Positions 62,324 through 64,000 of a stretch of 64,000 nt of DNA are shown here, in pieces. A program made the position numbers and the translations under genes. Source of the stretch: Deltaproteobacteria bacterium (lineage in GTDB: Bacteria; Desulfobacterota; Dissulfuribacteria; Dissulfuribacterales; QOAL01). The stretch covers positions 17,385 through 81,384 of the forward strand of contig WGDC01000014.1 of NCBI GenBank assembly GCA_015493475.1. The letters run 5' to 3'. How positions within the stretch are numbered: the stretch's first letter is position 1; each line of letters starts with the position of its first letter. The notes beneath the pieces were generated by a model. That model had not been told where the DNA came from. It worked only from the letters and a program-made list of their open reading frames with translations, and did not search any database.

Positions 62324-62833
62324 ATGGTAGAATCGGCCGTCTCCCAAAAGGCCTTGGAACTTTTTAATGAAGGTTACCATTGAAGCCAGGCGGTATTTTC
62401 TGCAGTTGCAGAAAATATAGGTATATCTTCAGATGAGGTTATAAAGGCCCTTTCTCCCTTTGGAGGGGGGCTCGGCAGCAGCGGCGGTACATGCGGAACC
62501 CTTGCGGGGGCCCTGGCGGTACTGGGAACACTCATGGGGAAGAAAACGCCCCGAGCACGGGATCACCGGCTCATGTGGCGGCTATCCAACAAAATGGTAA
62601 GGGAATTCCGGAAAATTACGCGAGATTACGGGGGCATGAACTGTTCGGATATTGCCCGCATTGACTGGACGGACATAAAACAGGTGAAGGCATTTTACCG
62701 GGATTCTTCGAGCAGGCGCAACGAGTGCTGTAGCGTGATAGCAAAAACAGTGGAGATACTCGAGGGCCTTCTTGCGGATTATGGCTTAAAAAGGGGGGTA
62801 CAAAAATATGTCAACGGAAGAACTGCTTCCTGA
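62324..62833 (+). CDS. C-GCAxxG-C-C family redox protein, predicted selenoprotein (UGA 62381-62383)
   Basis: RBS AGGAGG, ATG 62324, F-EGYH-U-SQAV, FGGG, CGTLAG, NC, EC; one frame with ORF 62534..62833. Confidence 0.88.
62394..62417 (+). promoter_or_regulatory. Putative bacterial SECIS element
   Basis: Perfect 10-bp stem UAUUUUCUGC/GCAGAAAAUA, loop AGUU starting 20 nt after UGA. Confidence 0.75.
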
Positions 62834-62984
62834 AGGAGAAAAACTAAGAAAGGCCGTAAGGTGGTTTTCTGAAATGATAAAGGAACATCCTGAAAAACAC
62901 AGGAAGGAGCTAGTGCTTGAGGCGGAGATAAAGTTTGACCTTTCTCCCAAGGAGTGCGATTTTTTGAACAAAAAGTTCCTGTAG
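62808..62984 (+). CDS. Small hypothetical protein (58 aa, below the ORF track cutoff)
   Basis: MSTEELLPEGEKLRKAVRWFSEM...FDLSPKECDFLNKKFL*; G-rich RBS; fills the gap before flaG. Confidence 0.75.
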   Translation: MSTEELLPEGEKLRKAVRWFSEMIKEHPEKHRKELVLEAEIKFDLSPKECDFLNKKFL

Positions 62985-62992
62985 AGTAATTT

Positions 62993-63382
62993 TCAGGCCT
63001 TCTTGTCAAAGAGTATTCCGACCATCTCATCCAGCTTTTCGGCGAGTTTCCTTACCTCTTCCGGAGGTATCTCTCTTAGGGTCTTTCCAGTGTCCTTGTC
63101 CACGATCTTGATGTAGGTCTGGCCGGTTTCCTTGTCCCTGTTGAACTTTAGTTCCACATTGTTAATTAGGCTAAAGTCCTGCTTGAATGCCTGGAGGACC
63201 TCGTTTGACAGTTTGGAATCCCTTTTACCGTCTTCTTCACCTACCTGCACCCCTTTTGAGGGGCTTTCCATAGGTCTTATACTTTTAGGTCTTATACTTT
63301 CCGGTCCACGATTTCCTTGCTCCTGCCGCGCTGGGTCCAGGGCAGGATAGCTTGCCTGTTTTATCCCTATTGCACTAATCAT
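62993..63382 (-). CDS. flaG: Flagellar protein FlaG
   Basis: L-F-DKETG-IKIVD-TG-REIPPEE-GILFD. Confidence 0.92.
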   Translation of the reverse strand: MISAIGIKQASYPALDPARQEQGNRGPESIRPKSIRPMESPSKGVQVGEEDGKRDSKLSNEVLQAFKQDFSLINNVELKFNRDKETGQTYIKIVDKDTGKTLREIPPEEVRKLAEKLDEMVGILFDKKA

Positions 63383-63708
63383 GGCCTTACTCCTTTAAGG
63401 CTTTGATTGCCGTAGGCGCTATATGCCTTCCTGCGGCTTTTAATTCCCTTCATTTCTTCCATGATTTCCTGCTTCTTTTCCCTTGCAAGTTCGGTAACGA
63501 GCTGTTCAAGGGAAATCACCGTTCTGAGCACCTCCGCTACCTCGTCTACATCCTCTCGACACGGTTCCAATGCCTGTATTTCCTCCATTAGGCAACTTCT
63601 GCGGGAAAGGAGCTCACCTATGCGGCTCATGTCTCCCTCAGCCACACTTCTTGTTATTTCCTTTAAGGTCTGTTCCAAACCCTTACATGCCAAAAGCATA
63701 CGATACAC
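63379..63708 (-). CDS. FliT-like flagellar chaperone
   Basis: Helical ~109 aa with LL-RR-L-I and C-terminal AY, directly after fliS. Confidence 0.65.
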   Translation of the reverse strand: MYRMLLACKGLEQTLKEITRSVAEGDMSRIGELLSRRSCLMEEIQALEPCREDVDEVAEVLRTVISLEQLVTELAREKKQEIMEEMKGIKSRRKAYSAYGNQSLKGVRP

Positions 63709-63711
63709 CCC

Positions 63712-64000
63712 TTAAATAGCCGTCTGGACCTGCCTGGCTTCCGTTTCCTGGCTGGCTGCAGATCCAGTTACTTGGTGTTTGTGCTGCCACAAAACCCCTT
63801 GCCATGCCTCAATAATTGGCAGCAGGGCCGACTTGGCATTTTCGAGCAAGTTCCTGTCGTTTTTCAGATTAGACAGGAGCAAAGTCCTTATGATGTAGTC
63901 GTAAAGCAGGTTGAGCCTCTCTGCTATCTCTCCGCCTTCCTTGAAATTAAGGGAAGCCTGGAGTTCGCCGGCAATGGCGATGGCCCTGGTAATTCTTTCT
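63712..64000 (-). CDS. fliS: Flagellar export chaperone FliS (partial, 5' end outside the window)
   Basis: Manual translation: RAIAIAGELQASLNFKEGGEIAERLNLLYDY...EAW. Confidence 0.92.
   Translation of the reverse strand, partial: ERITRAIAIAGELQASLNFKEGGEIAERLNLLYDYIIRTLLLSNLKNDRNLLENAKSALLPIIEAWQGVLWQHKHQVTGSAASQETEARQVQTAI

Overview
Gene-dense chromosomal window from an anaerobic, flagellated Gram-negative bacterium, most consistent with Desulfobacterota; the YedE-TusA-DsrE (YTD) cluster suggests a sulfur disproportionator (inference). Most genes are housekeeping: rmlBD, lptFG, nth, purine salvage, lysS, lolE, udg, nfeD-stomatin, scpB, iorAB, mobB/fdhD, icd, comF, tolB-cpoB, M16 peptidase, nadK, cmk, cobQ-cbiB, pabBC, fliS-fliT-flaG, plus tRNA-Gly(GCC) and tRNA-Val(CAC). 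The main signal hidden by the ORF track is UGA recoding at two loci, each followed by a SECIS-like hairpin of similar geometry. The first is a ~617-aa, 12-heme c-type cytochrome split at PG-UGA-QDF (18846). It sits in a tRNA-adjacent electron-transfer islet with a CbcL-like cytochrome c/b fusion and two gene remnants. The second is a C-GCAxxG-C-C family protein with UGA at its first Cys position (62381). Also noted: an in-frame cmk-marR fusion across an A7 run, sigma-28-like promoters on HDOD and MCP genes, an IorA lacking its ferredoxin domain, several pseudogenes, a missed 58-aa gene and a few unexplained repeats. No CRISPR array, rRNA, transposase or prophage was seen. All calls come from motif recognition only; no database searches were run.
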